Shown: in pieces, positions 27,623-39,782 of the stretch
Numbering within the stretch: the stretch's first letter is position 1
Layout: the number at the start of each line of letters is the position of its first letter
Assembly: GCA_021849295.1 (NCBI GenBank)
Contig: JAJZTA010000002.1
Span: 51,989-115,988 of the forward strand
Length of the DNA: 64,000 nt
Direction: 5' to 3'
Source of the DNA: Pseudomonadota bacterium
GTDB taxonomy: Bacteria > Pseudomonadota > Alphaproteobacteria > Micavibrionales > UBA2020
The notes under the pieces: generated by a model
What the model was told of the DNA's origin: nothing
Databases searched by the model: none
Seen by the model: the letters and a program-made list of their open reading frames with translations, nothing else
Position numbers and translations under genes: made by a program

Positions 27623-27904
27623 TCAGCTGTTCACAGCTTCCTTCAGCTCTTTGCCGGGCGTGAACTTCACGCGGTTGGCGGCGGCGATCTTGATGGTTTC
27701 GCCGGTGCGCGGATTGCGGCCGGTGCTGGCGGCGCGGCGCGCGGTCTTGAACGTGCCGAAACCGACGAAGCGGGCTTCGCCGCCGTTCTTCAGTTCAGCG
27801 CCGATGCCTTCGAACGCGAGATCGACGATCTCGGTGATCTGCGTCTTGGAAATGTCGCTCTGGGCTTTGCTCGCAATGAAGTCGACGAGTTCGTTCTTGT
27901 TCAT
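27623..27904 (-). CDS. hupB: DNA-binding protein HU
   Basis: MNKNELVDFIASKAQ...FGTFKTARRAASTGRNPRTGETIKIAAANRVKFTPGKELKEAVN, the HU/IHF fold signature. Confidence 0.92.
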   Translation of the reverse strand: MNKNELVDFIASKAQSDISKTQITEIVDLAFEGIGAELKNGGEARFVGFGTFKTARRAASTGRNPRTGETIKIAAANRVKFTPGKELKEAVNS

Positions 27905-27966
27905 GGGGGAATCTCCTCCTCAGTAAGGGTTGCTATACCGATATAATGCGCCTTATGAGCGAATTC

Positions 27967-30387
<2,421 letters not shown>

Positions 30388-30538
30388 GTGCTTCCTTTTC
30401 TGGTTATCTTTGTATTATACCACGCAATTATGCGCCCTGATTTCTTTAAAATTAGACAACGCTAATTTACGAAATAATATCAATTCTACCCGCGTAAGAC
30501 GGACACGATATTTGCATTTTTTCTAAAATTGTAAAGCC

Positions 30539-31174
30539 TTATGCGGCTTTCTTATCATTATTGTCGAAGGGCTGACGCTCGACGATTTGGTCGATCAGGC
30601 CGAAGGCCTTGGCGTCTTCCGCCGACATAAAGTTATCCCGTTCAAGGGCATCTTCGATGGCCTTGATCTTCTGGCCGGTGTGCTTGACATAGATGCCGTT
30701 CAAGCGGCGGCGCAGGCTCAGAATTTCCTTGGCCTGAATTTCGATATCGGTCGCCTGACCTTGCGCGCCGCCCGAGGGCTGGTGCACCATAATACGCGAA
30801 TTGGGCAGGCTGTAGCGCTTACCGGGGGCGCCCGCCGCCAGCAGCAGCGAACCCATCGAGCAGGCCTGCCCGATGCAGACCGTGGCGACGTCCGGCTTGA
30901 CATATTGCATGGTGTCGTACATGGCGAGGCCCGAGGTCACCACGCCGCCCGGAGAGTTGATATAAAGGTAAATGTCGCGCTTCGGGTTTTCAGATTCCAG
31001 AAACAGCAGCTGGGCGCAAATCAGCGCCGACATATGGTCTTCCACCTGCCCCGAGAGGAAGATGATCCGCTCCTTCAGCAGGCGCGAATAGATATCGTAG
31101 GAGCGCTCGCCGCGCGCCGTCTGTTCGATAACCATCGGTATCAGCAGGCTTGCCTGTTCTGGAATATGCGTCAT
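30539..31174 (-). CDS. clpP: ATP-dependent Clp protease proteolytic subunit
   Basis: Canonical ClpP ([50 protein letters not shown]). ATG at 31174 preferred over the upstream start at 31213. Confidence 0.93.
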   Translation of the reverse strand: MTHIPEQASLLIPMVIEQTARGERSYDIYSRLLKERIIFLSGQVEDHMSALICAQLLFLESENPKRDIYLYINSPGGVVTSGLAMYDTMQYVKPDVATVCIGQACSMGSLLLAAGAPGKRYSLPNSRIMVHQPSGGAQGQATDIEIQAKEILSLRRRLNGIYVKHTGQKIKAIEDALERDNFMSAEDAKAFGLIDQIVERQPFDNNDKKAA

Positions 31175-31270
31175 AAGTCCCCCTGGGTCTAAAACTATAA
31201 AGTGACCGATCATCTCTGACCGGCCACTTTATATTAGCAAGCTTGAAAGGGTAGTTTAAAGGACTTTTTT

Positions 31271-32242
31271 TTACTGCCCGAAACGGCGCTGGGCAGGCTT
31301 GGTATCGTCGTTGGAAGCCTTGCTTGCCTTGGCTTCGGCAGCCTTGACAGCTTTCAGCTCTTCCGTCCAGAACTCGGGGCGCTGGGACAGTTCGACGATG
31401 GCTTCCGCGCGGCGGCGTTCGCCGATGCCGTCCTGGTCAGCCGTGCCGAGGAACATTTCTTTCAGTTCCGCCGTCGGCTTGCCGACAACGTCTGCGTCTC
31501 TCTTGTCCTGAGCGGCTTTGAGGAACGCATCCGCCGAAGCCTCGAACGGAGCTTTTTTGCCGCCATTCGCGCCTTCGTAGATTTTTTCGATGAAGCCCAT
31601 TTTCTTGGCTTGATCGGCCGTCAGCCAGGTGTCCTTGGCGCAGATCAGGTCCCAGAACTTTTCGTTCAGGCCGATGTGACGGATGTAAACAGCCTTCATG
31701 TCTTCGAACAGACGGCGTGTCACTTCGAGGCTGATTTCCTGTTCGGAAAGCTTGCCTTGCGTGCCGCTGGCGATCGAGTGGATCATGAGCTTCGCGTTTT
31801 TGGACATCATGCGCTTGTCGCCGCCGGCCATCAGGATCGAACCCATGGAGGCTTGCAGGCCAAGACCAACCGTCGTGATCGGTGCGCTGATCGAGCGCAT
31901 CACGTCATAGATCGCGGTGCCGTCGATGACGGAGCCGCCGGGGGAGTTGATCAGCATGTCGATGTTCTTGTCTTTGTCGTCGAACGCGAGGAAGCGCAGC
32001 TGGGCCATGACGACCGCGGCCATCGCCGGTTCAACCTGACCGTTCACCATCACGATGCGCTCTTTCAAAAGCAGCGAGAAGATATCGTAACCGGTGCCGT
32101 CTTTACCGCGCACGGAAGGAACCATGACGCCGGCAGCTTCCGCGGCCTTCGTTGCTTCGTCAATCATCTCGGGGGTGTAGACCGCCTTCATTTGGCGGAC
32201 CAGATCGGCGCGTTCTTGCTCTCTTGTAAAATCTTGTTTCAT
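31271..32242 (-). CDS. Atypical ClpP-family (S14) paralog with N- and C-terminal extensions
   Basis: 323 aa. ClpP core YDIFSLLLKERIVMVNGQV, GLQASMGSILMAGG (Ser kept), LMIHSIASG (His kept). Also a ~38-aa N-terminal and ~100-aa Ala/Glu/Lys-rich C-terminal extension. Confidence 0.75.
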   Translation of the reverse strand: MKQDFTREQERADLVRQMKAVYTPEMIDEATKAAEAAGVMVPSVRGKDGTGYDIFSLLLKERIVMVNGQVEPAMAAVVMAQLRFLAFDDKDKNIDMLINSPGGSVIDGTAIYDVMRSISAPITTVGLGLQASMGSILMAGGDKRMMSKNAKLMIHSIASGTQGKLSEQEISLEVTRRLFEDMKAVYIRHIGLNEKFWDLICAKDTWLTADQAKKMGFIEKIYEGANGGKKAPFEASADAFLKAAQDKRDADVVGKPTAELKEMFLGTADQDGIGERRRAEAIVELSQRPEFWTEELKAVKAAEAKASKASNDDTKPAQRRFGQ

Positions 32243-32333
32243 CTCGTAGGGCCTTTCTTGCTCGTGTTGTTCTTAGTAGTTTCTCGCTCGTTCAGTCATA
32301 ATTGAAGTATTTTTGTAGTCTTTTTTTTAGTTC

Positions 32334-33719
32334 TTACTTTTCGTCATGACTTTTTGAAGCTTTTTTACTCGGCTTTTTTGCAGCATCCGCTTTCTTCGGC
32401 GACTCCTGCTCGGCAGCCTTCGTTAATTGCTCAATATCGACTTGACGTATTTCTATATTACAACTTTCCAGAACGAAGTCAACCACTTTGTCTTCGTAAA
32501 GTGGCGCCCGCAGCCCCTCGAGGGCTTGCTGATTTTGTTGATAGAATTCAAATACTTGGCGTTCCTTTCCAGGGTAGCGGCGGGCTTCGTTAATCACCGC
32601 CTGCTGCATTTCTTCGTTGGTGACTTCTATTTTATTGATTCGGCCGATTTCGGCGAGAACCAACCCCAGCTTGACGCGGCGGCCGGCGATATCGCGGTAT
32701 TCGGCTTTTTCCTCTTCGGAGCCGTGCTGGTGGTCGTGGCTGTGGTGGTGCTCGTGATCGTGCATCAGCTGGTTCCAGATGCCTTCGAATTCGGCTTCGA
32801 CCATGCCCGCGGGCACGGCGAAATCATGCGCTTCGTCGAGCGCGTCGAGCAGGCCGCGCTTCACGTTGACGCGCGCGATCTGGTCGTATTCGCTCTGCAT
32901 TTGCTTCTCGATGACTTCTTCCAGCTTGGAGAGGTCTTCGAAGCCCATGCTCTTGGCGAATTCGTCGTCGACCTTCGCTTCGGTGGGAGCGCGCAGTTCC
33001 TTCACGTCCACTTCAAACACCGCCGCAACGCCGCGCAGTTTTTCCTCGCCGTAATTTTCAGGGAAGGTCACCTTCACCGTTTTGTGGTCGCCGACCTTGG
33101 CGCCGACGAGCTGGTCTTCGAACGTGTCGATGAAGCTCTTGGAGCCGAGCTCGAGCGGGAAGCCCTCGCCCTTCATGCCGGGGAACGGTTTGCCGTCGAC
33201 CGTGCCGTCGAAGTCGATGACGAGGATGTCGCCGGTCTTCGCCGCGCGGTTTTCTTCAACCTTTTCGGAGCCTTTGTTGCCGGAGGCGATGCGCTTCAGC
33301 GTTTCCTTGACCGCCTTCGCGTCGGGCTTGGCGGTCAGCTTTTCCAGCTTGATGGACTTGAGGTCGGCCAGCTTGATTTCCGGCAGCAGCTCGACGGCCA
33401 TCGTGTATTCGAGGCCGTCTTTTTCGTCGAAGGTCTTCACTTCGATTTTCGGGCGCATGGCGGGGCGCAGTTCATTTTCGTTGATCGCCTTGATCGAGCT
33501 GTCGCTGACGGCGACTTCGAGCACCTCGCCCATCACGGCCTTGCCGTATTTCGATTTCAGCAGCGCGAGCGGCGCCTTGCCGGGGCGGAAGCCCGGAAGA
33601 TTGGCGGTCTTGCCGATTTCCTTCAGACGCTCGTTGATCTTCTCGTCGATCTCGGCGCCCGTCATCTTGACGGTGTATTCGTGCTTGAGGTCTTCTTTTT
33701 TTGTCTGTGTGATCTGCAT
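32334..33719 (-). CDS. tig: Trigger factor
   Basis: MQITQTKKEDLKHEYTVKM..., GFRPGKAP ribosome-binding motif, FKBP-type PPIase middle domain. Track ORF trimmed to ATG 33719. Confidence 0.92.
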   Translation of the reverse strand: MQITQTKKEDLKHEYTVKMTGAEIDEKINERLKEIGKTANLPGFRPGKAPLALLKSKYGKAVMGEVLEVAVSDSSIKAINENELRPAMRPKIEVKTFDEKDGLEYTMAVELLPEIKLADLKSIKLEKLTAKPDAKAVKETLKRIASGNKGSEKVEENRAAKTGDILVIDFDGTVDGKPFPGMKGEGFPLELGSKSFIDTFEDQLVGAKVGDHKTVKVTFPENYGEEKLRGVAAVFEVDVKELRAPTEAKVDDEFAKSMGFEDLSKLEEVIEKQMQSEYDQIARVNVKRGLLDALDEAHDFAVPAGMVEAEFEGIWNQLMHDHEHHHSHDHQHGSEEEKAEYRDIAGRRVKLGLVLAEIGRINKIEVTNEEMQQAVINEARRYPGKERQVFEFYQQNQQALEGLRAPLYEDKVVDFVLESCNIEIRQVDIEQLTKAAEQESPKKADAAKKPSKKASKSHDEK

Positions 33720-33794
33720 CGGAGTAGCCTTCTTCTCGGTTATATATAATGTCACTTCGCCTGCGGACTCGCGTCCGCATCCGGTGGGCATCTA

Positions 33795-33879
<85 letters not shown>

Positions 33880-34025
33880 CAAGCTAGAAGCCGTACTTAT
33901 AGAAAAAATGCCTTTTTAGCGCAATATGTTTGTTTGCTGTATTTTATATATTACGTAAATCAATGCGCGGCAGGCGCGCGTCGGAACGCTTCCGGCGTCT
34001 GCCGGCGCGGCGAACACGCAGGGCG

Positions 34026-34280
34026 TCACGGCGCCTCGCCGACCGCCTTCTCCTGCCTGGCAAGTACTGAAAGCATCCTGGTCTTGTCGTTCGACGACAG
34101 GTTCGGGTCGTTCTTGATGGTGTTGGCCATTTGCCTGAACTTGTCGGCTGTCGACAGGCCGGCGTTGCTCAGGATGCCTGACAGTGCGCTCTGCAGTTGC
34201 GGCGATGCCGTGGTCACGCCCGTCGTCAGGTTTGCGGAGATGTTCTTCACCTGCCGGGGGTTGAGGGGTGGAAGGCGCAA
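34026..34280 (-). CDS. Possible small Ser/Asn/Thr-rich hypothetical protein
   Basis: 84-aa ORF with a TTG start. The composition (..NISANLTTGVTTASPQLQSALSGILSNAGLSTADKFRQMANTIKNDPNLSSNDK..) is unlike the Arg-rich shadow ORFs. No recognisable family. Confidence 0.3.
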   Translation of the reverse strand: MRLPPLNPRQVKNISANLTTGVTTASPQLQSALSGILSNAGLSTADKFRQMANTIKNDPNLSSNDKTRMLSVLARQEKAVGEAP

Positions 34281-34786
34281 CGCAAGCCGCAGATCACCGA
34301 CCGCTGCAGATACTCCTGATCGAGGACAGCGACACGGACGCCCATCTCGTCGAGCTGGCCGTGCGCAAACACATGCAGGGCGCGCAGCTTTCGCGCGTCT
34401 CCACGCTGGCGGAAGGCAAAAGCGTTCTGGAGGAGCAGGACGTGGACGCCCTGCTGCTGGATCTCAACCTGCCGGACAGCGCGGGGCCGGAAGACACCTA
34501 CGCGCAATTCAGGGAATGGATGAACGGGCGGCCCGTCATCATCATGACCGGCCTGCAGGACCGCCGTCTGGCGCGGCGCATGGTGTGTGAGGGCGCGGCG
34601 GACTTCCTCAACAAGGACATCATCTTCGCCAATCCGAAAATCATTCACAACGCCATCGATTTCTCGATCGAAAGGCACGCCGCCACCCGCAAACTCGCCG
34701 CCGAAAAGGAGCAGGCGCAGAAGGACTCGAAAGAAAAAGACAACCTGCTTAGCTGCTTTATGGGCGGCTATTCGGTCAACAGGTAA
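34268..34786 (+). CDS. Single-domain response regulator (CheY-like REC)
   Basis: ILLIEDSDTDAHL...DALLLDLNLPDSAG...PVIIMTGL...GAADFLNKD. GTG start at 34268. About 45-aa non-DNA-binding tail. Confidence 0.8.
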   Translation: MEGATQAADHRPLQILLIEDSDTDAHLVELAVRKHMQGAQLSRVSTLAEGKSVLEEQDVDALLLDLNLPDSAGPEDTYAQFREWMNGRPVIIMTGLQDRRLARRMVCEGAADFLNKDIIFANPKIIHNAIDFSIERHAATRKLAAEKEQAQKDSKEKDNLLSCFMGGYSVNR

Positions 34787-34793
34787 GACGGTC

Positions 34794-35945
34794 ATGTTGC
34801 CACCGCAGCTCCCGCGCTTTGAAAATATCATTTCGCCGCCGCCGCCCGACGGCGCGGCGCCGCTCAAGGACTACCTGAAATTCATTCTGGAGGCCATCGC
34901 CGACCCCGTGATCGTGGTCGACGAACACAGGCGGGTCCGTCTGGCAAATGCCGCGGCCGAAAATATGCTGGGCTATAGAGAGGAAGATCTGGCTGGACAG
35001 GGCGTCCACGTTCTGCTGCCGGAATCGACCTTTATCAGCAATCTGGAAGACTGCAGCACGCCGATCAAGACGCAGGCGCGGCACAAAAACGGCAATGTCA
35101 TTCCGGTCGAGCTCTCCCGCACGAAAATGAAAAATGACGGCACCCACTCCTGCATCTGCGTCATCCGCGACATAACGGCGCGCGAAAAAGCGGAAAAGCA
35201 GAAGCAGCTGCTGCTGCAGGAACTGGAGGTCAGCAACCGCAACCTTGACGACTTCGCCCATCTCGTCTCCCACGACCTGCGCGAACCCCTGCGCGGGCTG
35301 CAAAGCTTCGCCCGCCTGCTGATGGAAGACAAGGACCACCCGCTTCACGGCGAGCATCGGGAGAAGCTGCAGACCATTCTCCACACGGCCCAAAGGATGG
35401 GCGAGCTGCTCGACGCGCTGCTGTATTATTCCCGTCTGGAAAAGACGGGACTCTCCATCGGCAAGACGGACATCAACAGGGTCGTGAAAGCCGTTCTCGA
35501 TATTTGCGCCATCAAGATACGCGAGGCCGAGGCGGTCGTCGATATTCCGCATCCGCTACCCGTCATCGTCTGCGACCGCATCAGGATCACGGAAGTTTTC
35601 TACAACCTGATCGGCAACGCCCTCAAATACTGCCAAAGCAAGGGCAACAGGATCGAGATCGGCGTGAGGCACGGCCATCACCGCGCGGGCGGAGAGCCGG
35701 CCTTTTACGTCAGGGACCACGGCATCGGCATTCCCGAGAAGCAGCTGGAGACCATATTCAAGATTTTCAAGCGCCTGCATCCGCGCGACGCCTACGGCGG
35801 CGGCACCGGCTCGGGGCTGGCCATCGTCCAGAAAATCATCCACCAGCACGACGGACGGATATGGGCGGAATCGGAGGGCGAAGGCAAAGGCACGACGTTT
35901 TATTTCACGATTCCCCAGAAAAACGGAAATCCCGCCGCGTTTTGA
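34794..35945 (+). CDS. Cytoplasmic PAS-domain sensor histidine kinase
   Basis: Track ORF trimmed to ATG 34794, 8 nt after the response regulator stop. PAS (IADPVIVVDEHRRVRLANAAAENMLGY), HisKA H-box FAHLVSHDLREPLRGL, HATPase N/G boxes (NALKY, DHGIGI, GSGLGLAIV-like GTGSGLAIV). No TM segment. Confidence 0.85.
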   Translation: MLPPQLPRFENIISPPPPDGAAPLKDYLKFILEAIADPVIVVDEHRRVRLANAAAENMLGYREEDLAGQGVHVLLPESTFISNLEDCSTPIKTQARHKNGNVIPVELSRTKMKNDGTHSCICVIRDITAREKAEKQKQLLLQELEVSNRNLDDFAHLVSHDLREPLRGLQSFARLLMEDKDHPLHGEHREKLQTILHTAQRMGELLDALLYYSRLEKTGLSIGKTDINRVVKAVLDICAIKIREAEAVVDIPHPLPVIVCDRIRITEVFYNLIGNALKYCQSKGNRIEIGVRHGHHRAGGEPAFYVRDHGIGIPEKQLETIFKIFKRLHPRDAYGGGTGSGLAIVQKIIHQHDGRIWAESEGEGKGTTFYFTIPQKNGNPAAF

Positions 35946-35980
35946 CGGATGAGCGCAACAACAAAAGCCGGAGCAGGACA

Positions 35981-37021
35981 ATGATGACGGAAACCGTTTT
36001 TTTCGAAATGCAGCCCCAGGAATCGGAGATTCTGCTCGGCCTTTACGGCGACGTGGACTACGACACGGTCAGGGAAACGCTCAACGCCGACAACGTCGGG
36101 CTTTACGGCAACGCGAAGATCGTCTCCACTTTCATTTATTCCGATCTCGGCGCGGACGTGCTCGCGCAAATGCCGCAGCTCGGGCTGATCGCCACGCGCT
36201 CGCGGACGTTCGACCACATAGATCTCGACTACTGCCGCGCGCATATGATCGCCGTCATGAACGTGCCCGCCTACGGGGAGAACACGGTGGCGGAGCACGT
36301 TTTCGCGCTGCTGCTGTCGCTGACGCGCCACATGCCGCAGGCGATCCGCCAGACGAAGGAAGGCGAGTTCTCCCTGCAAGGTCTGCGCGGCGACGACCTG
36401 CGCGGCAAGACCATGGGCGTCATCGGCACCGGCGCGATCGGTCTCCACACCGCCGCCATCGCCAAAGGCTTCGGCATGACAGTCCTCGCCAACGACCTGC
36501 AGCCGAAAATGGACATGGGCGTCAAACTGGGATTTTCCTACACGGGGCTGGACGACCTTTTGAAAAAATCCGACGTCATATCCCTGCATGTCGCGGACAC
36601 GCCCGCCGCGGAAAGGCTCCTCGCCGAGCGGGAATTTTCGCTGATGAAAGACGGCGTCATCGTCATCAACACGGCCTGCAGCCGCGCGATCGACGGCAAG
36701 GCCCTGCTGCAGGCGCTTGCGACGGGCAAGGTCGGCGCGGCGGGGCTCGACGTCCTGCCCGACGAGCCGACGATCCGCGAAGAGGCCATTCTGCTGCACG
36801 AATCGTCCCTGCGCCACCATGACCCCGAAACCATGCTGGCCGCCCACGCGCTTCTGCGGCACAAGAACGTCATCGTCACGCCGCACTGCGCCTTTTACAC
36901 CAAAGGAACCGTCACCGACATTTTGCGCAAGACGGGCGAGAACATACAATCCTATCTTGAAAGCCATCCCTCCGCGGCGACCTTCGGCGGGCAGCCGGCG
37001 CCTTTGAGCGCGGTCAAATAA
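35981..37021 (+). CDS. D-isomer-specific 2-hydroxyacid dehydrogenase (D-lactate dehydrogenase-like)
   Basis: Starts MMTETVFFEM. NAD-binding GVIGTGAIGLHTA. Catalytic His context VIVTPHCAFYT. Confidence 0.8.
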   Translation: MMTETVFFEMQPQESEILLGLYGDVDYDTVRETLNADNVGLYGNAKIVSTFIYSDLGADVLAQMPQLGLIATRSRTFDHIDLDYCRAHMIAVMNVPAYGENTVAEHVFALLLSLTRHMPQAIRQTKEGEFSLQGLRGDDLRGKTMGVIGTGAIGLHTAAIAKGFGMTVLANDLQPKMDMGVKLGFSYTGLDDLLKKSDVISLHVADTPAAERLLAEREFSLMKDGVIVINTACSRAIDGKALLQALATGKVGAAGLDVLPDEPTIREEAILLHESSLRHHDPETMLAAHALLRHKNVIVTPHCAFYTKGTVTDILRKTGENIQSYLESHPSAATFGGQPAPLSAVK

Positions 37022-37135
37022 CAAACCGGACGAATCCGTTATATTGCCCGTCACGCAAACAAAAAAGAAGACCACCGCATGCCCGCTCGTCTGCAACAGG
37101 CCGCTTTAGCGGCAGAAAACCCCGTTCCGGCTTAT

Positions 37136-37879
37136 ATGGCGTCCAAACGACGCGTCGTGCTTGTAACCGGCGGCACGGGCGGCATCGGCTCCGCCATCTG
37201 CAGAAAAATGGCCGACGCGGGCCACACCGTCGCGGCGACCTACCGCAACGCGGAAAAGGCGCGCCGCTGGGAAAAGGAAATGGAGGACGAGGGCTACCTC
37301 TTCTGCCTTTACAAATGCGACGTTTCGGATTTCACCCAGTGCCTTGCGACGGCGGAGGAAATCGCCAGCGATCTCGGCCCCGTGCAGGTTCTGGTCAACA
37401 ACGCGGGCATCACGCGGGACTCCTCCCTGCGCAAGATGACGCGGCAGCAGTGGCGCGAGGTCATCTCGACAGACCTCGACAGCGTCTTCAACATGACGCG
37501 CGCCGTCATCAACGACATGGTGGAGAACAAGTTCGGCCGCATCATCAACATTTCCTCCATCAATGGCCAGAAGGGCCAGTTCGGCCAGACCAACTATTCC
37601 GCCGCCAAGGCCGGCATGCACGGCTTCACCAAGGCGCTGGCGCAGGAAGTGGCGCCGAAGGGCGTCACCGTCAACACCGTTTCGCCAGGCTATGTCGCGA
37701 CGGAGATGATCATGTCCGTGGCGGAGGATATCCGCAACAGGATCAAATGCCAGATTCCCGTCGGCCGCTTCGGCACCCCGGAGGACGTCGCGCATGTGGT
37801 CTCCTTTCTGGCGGAGAACAACTCGGCGTTCATTACCGGCGCCAACATCGCCGTCAACGGCGGGCATTATATGGATTGA
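37136..37879 (+). CDS. phaB: Acetoacetyl-CoA reductase (SDR family)
   Basis: MASKRRVVLVTGGTGGIGSAIC, NNAGITRD, YSAAKAG catalytic motif. Next to phaC. Alternative upstream ATG at 37079. Confidence 0.8.
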   Translation: MASKRRVVLVTGGTGGIGSAICRKMADAGHTVAATYRNAEKARRWEKEMEDEGYLFCLYKCDVSDFTQCLATAEEIASDLGPVQVLVNNAGITRDSSLRKMTRQQWREVISTDLDSVFNMTRAVINDMVENKFGRIINISSINGQKGQFGQTNYSAAKAGMHGFTKALAQEVAPKGVTVNTVSPGYVATEMIMSVAEDIRNRIKCQIPVGRFGTPEDVAHVVSFLAENNSAFITGANIAVNGGHYMD

Positions 37880-37881
37880 AC

Positions 37882-38079
37882 ATGCCTTATCAGGACAACA
37901 GCGGCCTTCCCGCAAGCGTGAAAAACCATTTGCCCCTGCACGCGCAGGACATTTACCGTCAGGCCTTCAACAGCGCATGGGAAAAATACGCCCGCGAGGA
38001 CACGGCGCACCGCGTCGCCTGGGCGGCCGTCAAACTGAAGTACAGAAAAGACTCTCCTCTATGGGTTGAAAAGGAATAG
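37882..38079 (+). CDS. chaB: ChaB-family small protein
   Basis: MPYQDNSGLPASVKNHLPLHAQDIYRQAFNSAWEKYAREDTAHRVAWAAVKLKYRK, the ChaB signature. ATG lies 3 nt after the phaB stop. Hidden inside the out-of-frame track ORF 37315..38079. Confidence 0.7.
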   Translation: MPYQDNSGLPASVKNHLPLHAQDIYRQAFNSAWEKYAREDTAHRVAWAAVKLKYRKDSPLWVEKE

Positions 38080-38084
38080 CGGCG

Positions 38085-39782
38085 TCACTTCTGCAGGACA
38101 TAAGTCCCCGGCGCGGCGCCGAAGCTGCCGTGGAAAGGCGGCGGCGCGATTTTGTCCTTCGCGGAATGGCGGCGCAGCCAGTCGTGCCATGCCGTCCACC
38201 ACGAGCCCTGTTCCTGCCGCGCCACGCCGCGCCACGCGTCAGGGTCGATGTAGCGGTCGCCGTGCTTTCTTTCATGCATATGATAGAAGCGGCCCTCGTG
38301 GCCCGGCTCGCTGACGATGCCCGCGTTATGGCCGCCGGAGGTCAGGACGAAGGTAACGTCGCCGTCGGTCATCATCTGCACTTTATAGACCGAGCGCCAC
38401 GGCGCGATGTGGTCTCTCTCCGTGCCGACGGCGAAAACGGGGACGCGAATGTCCTCCGCGGCGATCGACCGCCCTTCGACCTTGAAGCGGCCCTCGGCAA
38501 AGTCGTTGTGCAGGAAGAGCTTATCGAGATATTCGCCGTGCATCCTCGCGGGCATGCGCGTGGCATCGGCGTTCCAGGCCGTGAGGTCGAAGGCGTCGCG
38601 GCGCAGGCCTTTCAGGTAGTCGTTGACGGCTTTCGACCAGATGAGGTCGTAGGAACGCAGCATCTGGAAAGCGCCCGCCATGTGCCGCGTGTCGAGATAG
38701 CCCTGCACGTGCATCAGGTTTTTCAGGAAATCCACCTCGCTGTGGGTAACGAAAAGCTCCAGCTCTCCGGCCTCGGTGAAATCCCCCTGCGCGGCGAACA
38801 GCGACAGGCTGCGGAGACGGTTGTCGCCCCTTTGCGCCATCGCCGCGGCGGTGATCAGCGCCAGCGTGCCGCCGAGGCAATAGCCCGTCAGGTGGATTTT
38901 GGCATTCGGGCATTCCGCCGCAACCGCGTCCATCGCCGCCATGGCGCCGAGGCGGTAATAATCGTCCATGCCGAGACTGCGGTCTTCCGCGGAGGGGTTC
39001 TTCCACGACACCATGTAGACGGTATGCCCCTTTTCGACCAGCCATTTGACGAGAGAGTTGTGCGGCGACAAGTCGAGAATGTAATACTTCATGATCCACG
39101 CGGGCAGGATCAGGACAGGCTCCTTGTAGACGCTTTTCGTCTGGGGCGCGTAGCGGATCAGCTCGATCAGGCCGTTGCGCAAGACCACTTCGCCCGGCGT
39201 GACGGCCAGATTGACGCCGACGCTGAATTTTTCGTCCTCTGCGTCCGGCGTGCCGCCGATCATGTGGCGGAAATCGTGCCAGGCGTTTTGCGTGCCGCGC
39301 AAAAGGTTGATGCCGCCGCTGTTCAGGGTCACCGCCGCCAGTTCCGGATTGGTGGCGGGGAAGTTGGCGGGGCACAGCGCGTCCATGACCTGCCGCGCCG
39401 CGAAGGACACGAAGCGCTCCTCGTGGTCCTCGAGGCCGGAGACGCCGGTGGTCGCCTGCCGCCACCATTCCTCGACATAAAGAAAGCTTTCGGCGTAAAA
39501 CCGCCACGGCCAGCGGTCCCATTTTTCGGACTTGAAGCGCGGGTCCACCGCGCAGGTCTCTCCGCGCACGCAGGTCATGCGGTGGATGAAGCCCGGCGTG
39601 TGCAACAGGGGATAGATCGCCAGATCCAGCATCTTGCCCGGCGATTGCGCGAGATGGCTGGCCCAGGCGAAATACGACGACGCGACCCCCGCCGGGCTCA
39701 TGCCCAGCGTGAGCGGCGCCAGTGCGGCCTGCCAGCAGGTATCCATTTCCCTCAGGTAAGGGCTGATGACTTTGTTGTCCAT
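38085..39782 (-). CDS. phaC: Class I poly(3-hydroxyalkanoate) synthase
   Basis: Lipase-box GYCLGGTLA with catalytic Cys, alpha/beta-hydrolase core. ATG 39782 with a GGGAGG RBS is preferred over TTG 39839. Confidence 0.88.
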   Translation of the reverse strand: MDNKVISPYLREMDTCWQAALAPLTLGMSPAGVASSYFAWASHLAQSPGKMLDLAIYPLLHTPGFIHRMTCVRGETCAVDPRFKSEKWDRWPWRFYAESFLYVEEWWRQATTGVSGLEDHEERFVSFAARQVMDALCPANFPATNPELAAVTLNSGGINLLRGTQNAWHDFRHMIGGTPDAEDEKFSVGVNLAVTPGEVVLRNGLIELIRYAPQTKSVYKEPVLILPAWIMKYYILDLSPHNSLVKWLVEKGHTVYMVSWKNPSAEDRSLGMDDYYRLGAMAAMDAVAAECPNAKIHLTGYCLGGTLALITAAAMAQRGDNRLRSLSLFAAQGDFTEAGELELFVTHSEVDFLKNLMHVQGYLDTRHMAGAFQMLRSYDLIWSKAVNDYLKGLRRDAFDLTAWNADATRMPARMHGEYLDKLFLHNDFAEGRFKVEGRSIAAEDIRVPVFAVGTERDHIAPWRSVYKVQMMTDGDVTFVLTSGGHNAGIVSEPGHEGRFYHMHERKHGDRYIDPDAWRGVARQEQGSWWTAWHDWLRRHSAKDKIAPPPFHGSFGAAPGTYVLQK

